This document shows, piece after piece, positions 28,836 to 37,431 of a stretch of DNA of 64,000 nt. The DNA is from Phycisphaerae bacterium. GTDB taxonomy: Bacteria > Planctomycetota > Phycisphaerae > UBA1845 > Fen-1342. Under the pieces are notes generated by a model, which saw only the letters and a program-made list of their open reading frames with translations, made no database searches and was not told the origin of the DNA. Position 1 is the first letter of the stretch. Every line of letters starts with the position of its first letter. The stretch covers positions 32,001 to 96,000 of the forward strand of contig JASFQK010000016.1 in the NCBI GenBank assembly GCA_050115495.1. Reading direction: 5' to 3'. The translations under genes and the position numbers were made by a program.

Positions 28836-29786
28836 ATGACAGTCGATTTGCAGCCGTGGGCGAAGCCTTTGAAGGCTTTCTCCGACTGGATCGATGCTGT
28901 AAACCAGACCGCCGGCAAGCATTGGTTGCGAAGGCTCAAATCAAACCAGTCCGAGCAAGTTGAGAGTGCTGTTGCTGAGGCTGTCGTCTGGGATTTCATA
29001 GGACGCCGCTGTGATTCGACTTTCTTGAATGAATCGCCAGGCACGGGTGGGATTGATTTCGGGTTCGTCATTGATGGTTACAGCTTCTTCGTCGAAGTCA
29101 CAAACATTTCGACCAAGGCTGCATCAACAGCGAGTGCTATGCCGGATAGAGACCCTTTTGCCGGACACTACGGTTTGCTCACGAAAAACATTCGGCAGAA
29201 AATCAGAGGCAAGCTGAAGCAAGCGCGATGTCGATCGGATCGTCCCCTACTTGTAGCGGTGACAACACTGCACTGGAATGCGAGTCACGCGTGCATCAAT
29301 CGAATGGCAGTTGAGTTTGCGATGGGGTCGCCACCGAAAATAACGGGTAAGTTCAATCCGAATACGGGTGAAGTCGAAGGGGATCTCTACCAGTCCACGG
29401 ATCTGAGTCAGTCGGTGTTTCTCTCGCCGCGGCCAGTGAACGGGCCGGACGGTTTGCCGATCGCGCAGGCGAGACATCAACCGATTTCTGGATTTCTCGT
29501 TGGCAGCTTTGGTCTCAGCCCTAGGAGTGTTTGTGTTTTGGGCGCGCTCAATCCTGAAGCATCCCGACCATTTAATCCCGCTATGCTTCCGGATATTCCG
29601 TTCTGCTCGTTTCGAGAGTGGCCGGTGACAACGGAGATGGGTTTTAATTGGACCATATCAGAGGCCGATGAGCGAGAGCGCCAACAGCAGGCTGCTGAGC
29701 AGCGTCTTCGCGCTGCGGGATACGGCGAAGTTCTGGACGCCATACGCAAAGAGATTGTGCGTCAATCCGGGAGCTACGCAGACTGA
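28836..29786 (+). CDS. Hypothetical protein, possible PD-(D/E)xK-like fold
   Basis: 316-aa ORF in the AT-richer islet; E..V...GIDF....FFVEVT pattern. Confidence 0.65.
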   Translation: MTVDLQPWAKPLKAFSDWIDAVNQTAGKHWLRRLKSNQSEQVESAVAEAVVWDFIGRRCDSTFLNESPGTGGIDFGFVIDGYSFFVEVTNISTKAASTASAMPDRDPFAGHYGLLTKNIRQKIRGKLKQARCRSDRPLLVAVTTLHWNASHACINRMAVEFAMGSPPKITGKFNPNTGEVEGDLYQSTDLSQSVFLSPRPVNGPDGLPIAQARHQPISGFLVGSFGLSPRSVCVLGALNPEASRPFNPAMLPDIPFCSFREWPVTTEMGFNWTISEADERERQQQAAEQRLRAAGYGEVLDAIRKEIVRQSGSYAD

Positions 29787-29809
29787 CCGCCCCATGGCCG
29801 CTCAATCTT

Positions 29810-30121
29810 CACTCCGCTACGCCAGGATCGCTGGACCGTGCCGCGACTGCACCTCTGGCTGTGTCGGCTCTTTTTCCAGGTATACCGCCGCGGAGCCGCA
29901 GTGCGGACAGCGTCCTGCGCGTTGTCCGCCAAGGTCGCCCGCTCCGCCAAGGCCAGCGGCAACGTGGCCTGGGCCAGAGTCTCGACCTGGTCCTCGAAGT
30001 CCGCGAACGTGGCCCCCTTCAGCGGGATGGTCTCGTCCGTCGGAATGACCCGGTCCAACTGGGCGGCGAACGCCGCCAGAACCCGGGCCCGCGCCTCCCC
30101 TCGTGTCGTCCGTGCTGGCAT
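29810..30121 (-). pseudogene. Frameshifted, truncated IS-associated ORF (ISKra4-like, tentative)
   Basis: MPARTT..GATFADFEDQVE.. continues in another frame as RCPHCG..SRHGP and then stops; no catalytic domain. Confidence 0.45.
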
Positions 30122-30382
30122 GTCTGCTTCCTCCTTGAAGCACTCCCACTCGCTCGGCTCGCCGCCGGGCCCAACCGCCTCCTATCCTACCCCCAGAACC
30201 CCGCCCCAAGTGTCACGCACCCGGCGACGCGGGAAGGCTGGCGGGGGGGGGGGGCTCGCGGGGGTGGCCGGGGGTGTGGTACACTGCTGGATTCTAGAAA
30301 CGGCTCCGCTGGCGGTGCCGCCGATGTGGTGCAGAAGACGTAGGCGGCCGGGCGGCTTGATGAACCCTGTGGAGGTTGGGAC

Positions 30383-31564
30383 GTGTCCAAGCGTACGATC
30401 GTGGCCATGCCGGGCGACGGCATCGGCAAAGTAGTGCTGCCCGAGGCGCAGCGTGTGCTCCAGGCGGCGGGTTTCGAGGCTGAATACGTCCACGGCGACA
30501 TCGGCTGGGATTTCTGGATCAGCGAGGGCAACGCCCTGCCCGATCGGACGATTAAGCTGCTCGAACAGCACAAGATCGGTCTGTTCGGCGCCATCACGTC
30601 CAAGCCGAAGGACAAGGCCGACGCCGAGCTGTCGCCGGCGCTGCGCGGCAAAGGCTACGTGTACTACAGCCCGATCGTCACGATGCGGCAGCACTTCAAC
30701 CTCGACATCTGCATCCGGCCGTGTCGGTCGTTCCCGGGCAACCCGCTGAACTTCGTCCGGCGGGAGGGCGACGGTTTCGTCGAGCCTCCGGTGAACGCGG
30801 TCATCTTCCGCCAGAACACCGAAGGGCTGTACAGCGGCGTCGAGTGGACAAACCCGCCGGACCCGGTGTACGCGGCGCTGGCCACGCATCCGCGGTTTGC
30901 CAACTACAAGAGCTGCCCGCGGGCCGACCTGGCCGTCTCGACGCGGATCTTCACCCGCAACGCCTGCCGGCGGATCGCCAAGGCGGCGTTCGAGTACGCG
31001 AAGAAGTTCGGTTATCGGTCCGTCACGATCTGCGAGAAGCCGAACGTCATTCGCGAGACGTCCGGCATGCTCACGCTCGAGACGCGGGCCATCGGCCGCG
31101 ACTACCCGGGCATCGAGATCTGGGAGACGAACATCGACGCCCAGATGATGTGGCTGACGAAGAACCCTGAGGACTACGGCGTGATCGTCGCCGGCAACAT
31201 GTTCGGCGACATCGTGTCGGACGGCTTTGCGGGCCTGGTCGGCGGGCTCGGCTTCGCGTGCAGCGCGAACATCGGCGACGAGGTGGCGGTCTTCGAGCCG
31301 ACGCACGGCTCGGCCCCGAAGTATGAGAAGCTCAATCCGCCGATCGTGAACCCAATCGCCATGATCCTGTCGGCGTGCATGATGCTGGATCACATCGGCG
31401 AGACGGCGAGGGCAACGAAGATCCGCGACGCGATCGCGGCGGTCGTACAGGAAGGCAAGGTCCGCATGTACGACATGATGAAGCTGAAGGGCGGCCCGGA
31501 CGTGATCGGCCAGGGCGCCGCCACGACGTCGCAAATGACGGACGCGGTCATCGCGAAGCTGTAG
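30383..31564 (+). CDS. Isocitrate/isopropylmalate dehydrogenase family enzyme
   Basis: PGDGIG, FRQNTEGLY, EKPNV, NMFGDIVSD, FEPTHGSAPKY, NPIAMILS. Confidence 0.93.
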   Translation: MSKRTIVAMPGDGIGKVVLPEAQRVLQAAGFEAEYVHGDIGWDFWISEGNALPDRTIKLLEQHKIGLFGAITSKPKDKADAELSPALRGKGYVYYSPIVTMRQHFNLDICIRPCRSFPGNPLNFVRREGDGFVEPPVNAVIFRQNTEGLYSGVEWTNPPDPVYAALATHPRFANYKSCPRADLAVSTRIFTRNACRRIAKAAFEYAKKFGYRSVTICEKPNVIRETSGMLTLETRAIGRDYPGIEIWETNIDAQMMWLTKNPEDYGVIVAGNMFGDIVSDGFAGLVGGLGFACSANIGDEVAVFEPTHGSAPKYEKLNPPIVNPIAMILSACMMLDHIGETARATKIRDAIAAVVQEGKVRMYDMMKLKGGPDVIGQGAATTSQMTDAVIAKL

Positions 31565-31576
31565 CGGGCGGGCCAT

Positions 31577-31726
31577 GTGGCACCGGATTGCATCCGGTGC
31601 GTCGCTTGACGCCCGCGTCGGATGTAGCGTCGGCCCCCCGTGGCCGACGTCGAGTACGAAAGACGTTGGTTTTCGTGGCGGGCCTGCGGTCGTTCGTTGA
31701 ATCGTGCCACTGCTCTGTGAGCAGCG
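31577..31726. repeat. REP cluster
   Basis: GTGGCACCGGATTGCATCCGGTG (31577-31599); exact GTAG type A (31624-31653); GTGCCACTGCTC..GAGCAG (31704-31726). Confidence 0.85.
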
Positions 31727-31801
31727 TCTTCTCGCGCAACCAGCGATCGGCCTTGGTCGGAAGGCAGCCGCGCGCGTAGCCCAGTCAACCAGGATCGTCC
31801 G

Positions 31802-32428
31802 ATGCCAGGGCAGTCCAGACCGCCGCTGCGACGCAAGACGACCCCCAAGGTCCAGGGTGGCAAGCCCCTGCGCAAGAGCCGGACCGCACTGACGCCGCAT
31901 CCACTGCAGATCCCCTCATCGGTTCCCTGGATCGACCGCGAACGCCCCGGTCCCAGCCACCGCCACTTTCTACGCAAGAAGGACATCCTGGAGTTCATCG
32001 ATCTGCTGCCCGAGTGGGACGAACTGGCAAAGGGGCTCAGAGGCATCCTGCTCGCCCGCGGCGAATACGATACCGCCGGCTGGCACCGGCCCGGTCTGGT
32101 CGCCGTCTGTGCCTGGGAGCGCGACGTGTGGCAACGCGTCTGTGTCGAGCACTACGAAGAGCACGCGGACGTTTTTCGCCGGCTCGGCGTCCCCTGCGAG
32201 CGTGCCGGCGACGTCGTCGTCTGCCAGTTCACCGACCAAGCAGTGCGCGACTACCAGCTCCTGCATATCCTGCTGCACGAGCTGGGCCACCACCACGATC
32301 GAATCACCACGCGTAGCAAGGTCGACGCCGCCCGCGGCGAAGGCTACGCCGAGCGCTATGCGTTGAAGTACATGGACGAAATCTGGCACCGCTACGCGGA
32401 GCGGTTCGGGCTGCCGGGCCTATCGTGA
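31802..32428 (+). CDS. Hypothetical protein with zincin HExxH motif
   Basis: LHILLHELGHHHD..GEGYAERYA. Confidence 0.65.
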   Translation: MPGQSRPPLRRKTTPKVQGGKPLRKSRTALTPHPLQIPSSVPWIDRERPGPSHRHFLRKKDILEFIDLLPEWDELAKGLRGILLARGEYDTAGWHRPGLVAVCAWERDVWQRVCVEHYEEHADVFRRLGVPCERAGDVVVCQFTDQAVRDYQLLHILLHELGHHHDRITTRSKVDAARGEGYAERYALKYMDEIWHRYAERFGLPGLS

Positions 32429-32514
32429 CGTGCGGCGCGAGTGGATAATGAAAACGTGCTAACCCTGATCTGACGTTTGAGCGTGGGAATGACGTTGGTC
32501 CTCGCGACCGGCGC

Positions 32515-32606
32515 GTAGCGTCGGCCCCCCGTGGCCGACGTGGAATGCGAACGACGCTGGATCTCGCGGCTGGCGTGTAGCGTCGGCCCCCCGTGGCCGA
32601 CGTCGA
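32515..32606 (+). repeat. Two GTAG type A REPs upstream of the RAYT remnant
   Basis: 32515-32544 (1 mismatch) and 32577-32606 (exact). Confidence 0.9.
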
Positions 32607-32640
32607 AGACGAAGAACACCCCGCCGTTGGGAGCAACCGC

Positions 32641-32890
32641 ATGCGGCCGCCTCGGCGAAAGACACCGCTTCGCGACCTGACGACCTATGGTCGCGGACGC
32701 GCCGTGCGGCTGCCGGACTGTGATTACGTCGGCGAGATCGACCTGCATGTGACGCTTTGCGCTGACCGTGGCACGCCTTTTCGCGACGTTGCCGTGGCAA
32801 GCATGATCTGTGACAACGTGGAGTTTTATTGCCGGAAGCTGGCGTATCGGCTCTATGGGTTCACGGTCGGCCACGGAGGGCCGGCGCTAC
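32641..32890 (+). pseudogene. Truncated REP-associated tyrosine transposase (RAYT/TnpA-REP) fused to an inverted REP
   Basis: RAVRLPDCDY..HVTLCADRGTPF..YRLYGF resembles RAYT N-termini. The frame runs into an inverted REP (32866-32890) where the MPDHxH motif is expected. Confidence 0.65.
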
Positions 32891-32961
32891 GGGTTGAGGT
32901 GCGTGGGCGTGTTGGCCGGTACAATGGCCCGTCTGGAGCCTGGTCACTTTGGAGTTGAATG

Positions 32962-34938
32962 ATGCCTCAGACACTTATCGAGAAGATCGCCCAGCGGTAT
33001 GCCGTCGGGCTGGCCGGGGGGCATGAGGTTCGGGCCGGCGACTTTCTGTCGATTCGGCCGGCGCACGTGATGACGCACGACAACACGTCGGCGGTCATCC
33101 CGAAGTTCAAGTCCATGGGCGCGACGCGCGTCGCCGATCCGGACCAGCCGGTGTTCGCCCTGGACCACGACATCCAGAACACCGCGGCCGACAACGTCGC
33201 CAAATACGACAAGATCCGGGCCTTCGCCAAGGAGCAGGGCATCGCCTTCCATCCGGCGGGGCGGGGCATCGGCCACCAGATCATGCTCGAAGAAGGCTTC
33301 GTGCTGCCGGGGTCGTTCGTCGTCGGCTCCGACTCGCATTCGAACATCTACGGGGCGCTGGGCGCCCTGGGTACGCCGGTTGTTCGTACCGACGCCGCCG
33401 CCATCTGGGCCACCGGTCGCACGTGGTGGCAGGTGCCCGAGGTGGTCAAGGTGACGCTGCAAGGGGCGCTGGCTCCCGGCGTGACCGGCAAGGACGTGAT
33501 CATCGCCCTGATCGGCACGTTCGTGAATGACGAGGTGCTGAACTGCTGCCTCGAATTCACCGGTCCCGGCGTGGCCGCGCTCGGGGTTGAAGAGCGCATG
33601 ACCATCGCCAACATGACGACCGAATGGGGGGCGCTCGCCGGCGTCTTCCCGTACGACAAGGTCACGCGCGAGTACCTGCTCGCCCGGGCTGAGCACTTCA
33701 AGGAGCGCGGCGACGCTCGCCCGCGGTTGACGCCGGAGCTGGTGGCCAAGCTCGACGCCGAGGCGCTGGCCGCGGATGCGCGAGCTGCCTATGCGAAGGA
33801 GCTGACGTTCGACCTGTCGGCGGTGACGCCGTTCGTCGCCGGCCCGAACGAGGTCAAGACGATCGCTCCGGTCGGCGAGCTCGAAGCCCGCGACATCCGC
33901 ATCGACAAGGCCTTCCTGATGAGCTGCGTGAACGGCCGGTTGCAGGACTTCGCGGCGGCGGCGGAAGTGATGGAAGGCCGCCGGGTCGCCAAGCACGTGA
34001 AGCTGTACATCGCCGCCGCTTCGAACGAGATCGAGGAAGAGGCGAAGCGGCTTGGCTACTGGGGCAAGCTGGTGGCGGCGGGGGCGATCGTGCTGCCGGC
34101 GGGCTGCGGCGCGTGCATCGGCCTTGGCGATGGCGTTCTCGCGGACGGCGAGGTGGGCATCTCGGCCACCAACCGCAACTTCAAGGGCCGCATGGGCTCA
34201 CGTGAGTCGTTCGTGTACCTGGCCAGTCCAGCGGTGGTGGCGGCGTCGGCGGCGGCGGGTCGGATCGCCGGCCCGCGGGCCGATGCGCGACCTGCGCAGG
34301 AGCTGCGCGAAGCGGTGCGCAGGTCGGCGGAGTGCCACGTGAATCGGCTGGAACGGCCGGCGGCCCGCGTCGAGATCATCGACGGCTTCCCGAAGGCGAT
34401 CGAGGGCGAACTGCTGTTCGTGCCGAAGGACAACATGAACACCGACGGCATCTACGGCAAGGAGTATACGTACCAGGAAGGCCTCACGCCGGAGCAGATG
34501 GCCAAGGTCGCCATGGCGAACTACGACCCGGCGTTCCAGGAGCTGGCCGAGGACGGCGACGTCCTGGTCGGCGGGTACAACTTCGGGTCGGGCTCGTCGC
34601 GCGAGCAGGCGGCGACGGCCCTGAAGTACCGCGGCTTGCAGCTCATCATCGCCGGCTCGTTCTCGCAGACGTACAAGCGTAACGCGTTCAACAACGGCTA
34701 CATTTGCCTCGAGTGCCCGCAGCTTGTCGACGAGTTGCGGGTCGAGTACCGCGAGGACAAGCGGCTGACCATCCGCACCGACCGACCGACGGTCGTCGAT
34801 TTCATCGAGTCGAAGATTACGTGCGACGGTGTCGGGTATCCGTTCGCTGCGCTCGGCGAGGTGGCCCAGCAGCTCATCGCCCAGGGCGGCTTCGAGCCGG
34901 TGATTCGGCAGCAATTGGCGGAATTGGGTAAGAAATAG
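32962..34938 (+). CDS. Fused large+small subunit aconitase-family enzyme, homoaconitase (LysF/Lys4)-like
   Basis: MTHDNT, DHDIQN, GRGIGHQ, SDSHSN, SCVNGR, GCGACIG, ATNRNFKGRMGS; swivel domain NTDGIY, NFGSGSSREQA. Confidence 0.88.
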   Translation: MPQTLIEKIAQRYAVGLAGGHEVRAGDFLSIRPAHVMTHDNTSAVIPKFKSMGATRVADPDQPVFALDHDIQNTAADNVAKYDKIRAFAKEQGIAFHPAGRGIGHQIMLEEGFVLPGSFVVGSDSHSNIYGALGALGTPVVRTDAAAIWATGRTWWQVPEVVKVTLQGALAPGVTGKDVIIALIGTFVNDEVLNCCLEFTGPGVAALGVEERMTIANMTTEWGALAGVFPYDKVTREYLLARAEHFKERGDARPRLTPELVAKLDAEALAADARAAYAKELTFDLSAVTPFVAGPNEVKTIAPVGELEARDIRIDKAFLMSCVNGRLQDFAAAAEVMEGRRVAKHVKLYIAAASNEIEEEAKRLGYWGKLVAAGAIVLPAGCGACIGLGDGVLADGEVGISATNRNFKGRMGSRESFVYLASPAVVAASAAAGRIAGPRADARPAQELREAVRRSAECHVNRLERPAARVEIIDGFPKAIEGELLFVPKDNMNTDGIYGKEYTYQEGLTPEQMAKVAMANYDPAFQELAEDGDVLVGGYNFGSGSSREQAATALKYRGLQLIIAGSFSQTYKRNAFNNGYICLECPQLVDELRVEYREDKRLTIRTDRPTVVDFIESKITCDGVGYPFAALGEVAQQLIAQGGFEPVIRQQLAELGKK

Positions 34939-34983
34939 CGGGCGTCGCGCGCCTTTTGGCGCCGGCCCGGAGAGCGGCGACCG

Positions 34984-35004
34984 GTAGGGCGGGTTCCACC
35001 CGCC
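34984..35004 (+). repeat. GTAG-hairpin REP (other class)
   Basis: GTAG GGCGGGT TCC ACCCGCC. Confidence 0.6.
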
Positions 35005-35071
35005 GGCTGCTTCGTTGCGGGAAGAACATCGGTTTCACGTGGAACCGAGCTGAGCCTGACAGGGGTATGGC

Positions 35072-36013
35072 GTGTCCGACCGACCGTTGCACGTGGTGAC
35101 GGGTGCGCTGGGCTATTCCGGCCGGGCGATCACGGAGCGTTTGCTGGCCCGCGGGATTCGCGTGCGGACGCTCACGAACTCGCCGAACCGGCCGCATCCG
35201 TTCGGCGAGGCCCTGGAGATCCACCCGCTGGCGTTCCAGGAGCCGGAGCGGCTGGTCGCGTCGCTGCGCGGCGCGGCCGTGCTCTACAACACGTACTGGG
35301 TCCGTTTCGACCACCGGCTGTTCACGTTCGCGCAGGCGGTGGCGAACACAAAGGCGCTCTTCGAAGCCGCGGCCGCCGCCGGCGTGGGGCGTATCGTGCA
35401 CGTCAGCATCCTGCATCCGGAAGGCGGGCGCGGGCTGGCGTACTACGAGGGCAAGGCGGAACTGGAGCGAGCCCTGCACGGCGTCGGCGTTCCGCATGCG
35501 ATTCTGCGGCCCGGTGTGCTGTTCGGCCGCGGCGACATCCTGGTGAACAACATCGCCTGGATGCTGCGGCACCTGCCGGTCTTCGGCGTTTTCGGCGACG
35601 GCCGGTACGCTCTACGGCCGTTGCACGTGGATGACTTCGCCGACCTGGCGGTGGCGCAGGGGTTGCGCGAGGACGAAGCGGTGGTCGACGCCGTGGGGCC
35701 GGAGACGTTTACGTACCGCGAACTGGCGGCGACGCTGGGACGCATCCTGGGCGTTCGGCGGCCGATCGTGCGGGTGTCGCCGGTGCTGGGGTATTGGTGT
35801 GCCCGGCTGCTGAATCCCGTGGTGGGCGACGTGGTCATCACGCGGGAGGAGATTGCCGGACTGATGCGCGGCCTGCTAACATCAGACGCACCCGCCGCCG
35901 GTCCGACGCGGTTGACGGACTGGGCGACGGAGCACCGTGACCATCTCGGCCGGCGATACGCGAGCGAAGTCCGGCGGCGCGTGCGGCGAGATGTGGCGTA
36001 CGAGGCGGTGTAG
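35072..36013 (+). CDS. NAD(P)-binding atypical SDR (NDUFA9/epimerase-like)
   Basis: VTGALGYSG, YYEGK, LRPGVLFG. Confidence 0.85.
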   Translation: MSDRPLHVVTGALGYSGRAITERLLARGIRVRTLTNSPNRPHPFGEALEIHPLAFQEPERLVASLRGAAVLYNTYWVRFDHRLFTFAQAVANTKALFEAAAAAGVGRIVHVSILHPEGGRGLAYYEGKAELERALHGVGVPHAILRPGVLFGRGDILVNNIAWMLRHLPVFGVFGDGRYALRPLHVDDFADLAVAQGLREDEAVVDAVGPETFTYRELAATLGRILGVRRPIVRVSPVLGYWCARLLNPVVGDVVITREEIAGLMRGLLTSDAPAAGPTRLTDWATEHRDHLGRRYASEVRRRVRRDVAYEAV

Positions 36014-36062
36014 GGCCGGACGTGCGGGCCGAACAACGTGGAAGTGAATCCGGGAGACTGGG

Positions 36063-36347
36063 ATGGACGGAACGCGAGATCGGCAGAAGAAGCTCTCGGC
36101 CGCGGTCAGCAAGATCTTGTTCAACGAATGGGATCCGATCGACGTCCACGACGAAGGCTGCCCGAGCGACGAATACGACTCGCATGTTCCGGGCGTTTGC
36201 CGGTTACTGAACCAGGGTGCGAGCGCGCAGGAAATTGCCGAGCATCTGGCCATCGTCGCCCGCGACATCATCGGTACTGATGGCGCGACCACAGAGACGG
36301 AGCTACCAATCGCACGGCGACTGGTTGAGCTTGTCCGCGAGACATAG
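36063..36347 (+). CDS. Small hypothetical protein (DUF1871-like)
   Basis: WDPIDV....DEYDS motif. Confidence 0.65.
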   Translation: MDGTRDRQKKLSAAVSKILFNEWDPIDVHDEGCPSDEYDSHVPGVCRLLNQGASAQEIAEHLAIVARDIIGTDGATTETELPIARRLVELVRET

Positions 36348-36389
36348 CCGCTCCCGGCCGCGTGCCGCAGGACGACTACAGGAGAAACC

Positions 36390-36968
36390 ATGATTGCCGA
36401 GACTGACATCAACAAGCTGTTTGCCTCCGTTCTGGAACGTATCAAGAACAAGGACCTGCGCGACAAGGTCGTCAAGACGTGGACGCTCGCTTGCGAGCGC
36501 GGCGGGTGGCAGAGCGTCGACGAACTGAAGAAGATGCCCTTCACGCTGCTGGTCGACACGCATGGCATCAACTTCATCGAGCACACGATCGCCGTCACGG
36601 AGGGCGCTTGCGGGCTGGCGCGGGCGCAGGAAGAGGCGTACGCAAAGATGCCGTACGCGGTCGACTACGATCGGCTGCTCGCCGGCGGGTTGCTGCACGA
36701 TGTCGGCAAGCTGCTGGAAACGGAGAAGGACGGCAAGGGCGGCTTCCGCAAGAGCCGCGGTGGCCAGTGCCTGCGTCATCCGATCTCCGGTACGACAATC
36801 GCCCACGAGGCCGGCATCCGTGATGAGGTGGTTCTCAACACGATTGCCTGTCACGCGAAGGAAGGTGAAGGCGCGCCGAAGTGCCTGGAGACTGTCTTGA
36901 TTCACCAAGCGGACTTTGCGACCTTCGATCCGCTCGTGGCGAAGGGAAAGGGCGCTTTGATTGAGTAG
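36390..36968 (+). CDS. HD-domain protein
   Basis: EHT..LLHDVGK..RHPISG..H..HQAD; AGGAG SD. Confidence 0.9.
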   Translation: MIAETDINKLFASVLERIKNKDLRDKVVKTWTLACERGGWQSVDELKKMPFTLLVDTHGINFIEHTIAVTEGACGLARAQEEAYAKMPYAVDYDRLLAGGLLHDVGKLLETEKDGKGGFRKSRGGQCLRHPISGTTIAHEAGIRDEVVLNTIACHAKEGEGAPKCLETVLIHQADFATFDPLVAKGKGALIE

Positions 36969-36974
36969 CGGCGA

Positions 36975-37006
36975 AGCCGTCAGCCATCAGCCGTCAGCCT
37001 TCAGCC
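36975..37006 (+). repeat. 7-mer tandem run (TCAGCCN)
   Basis: agccgtcagccatcagccgtcagccttcagcc; inverted run at 37400-37424. Confidence 0.8.
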
Positions 37007-37059
37007 GAAGATCGCGGGCCGAACGCTGCTGGCTGTTGGTGGGCGGCTTGGAGAGTGTC

Positions 37060-37419
37060 ATGCAGGACTTCCGGGAATTGAAGGTCTGGCAGAAGGCACA
37101 CGAGTTGACGCTGGCCGTCTACCGTGCGACGGCTGCCTTCCCGCGGGAAGAGCTGTATGGAATCGTGAGCCAGATACGCCGGGCAGCGTCGTCGATTCCG
37201 GCGAACCTCGCGGAGGGCCGCTGTCGGCGCACCGACCGCGACTTTGGCCGTTTCGTCGGTATTGCGCTAGGCTCCGCAAGCGAGGTCGAGTACCACGTGC
37301 TTCTGGCACGCGATCTGGAGTTCCTGGAACCGGCGGCCTACGGTAGGCTGAGCGAGCAAGTGGAAGAAGTGAAGCGCATGTTGTCGGCCTTGTATGATCG
37401 GCTGATGGCTGATGGCTGA
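37060..37419 (+). CDS. Four-helix bundle protein (23S rRNA IVP-like family)
   Basis: FRELKVWQKA, FPREELYG..SQIRRAASSIPANLAEG, IALGSASEVEY. Confidence 0.92.
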   Translation: MQDFRELKVWQKAHELTLAVYRATAAFPREELYGIVSQIRRAASSIPANLAEGRCRRTDRDFGRFVGIALGSASEVEYHVLLARDLEFLEPAAYGRLSEQVEEVKRMLSALYDRLMADG

Positions 37420-37431
37420 GGGCTAAGGACC

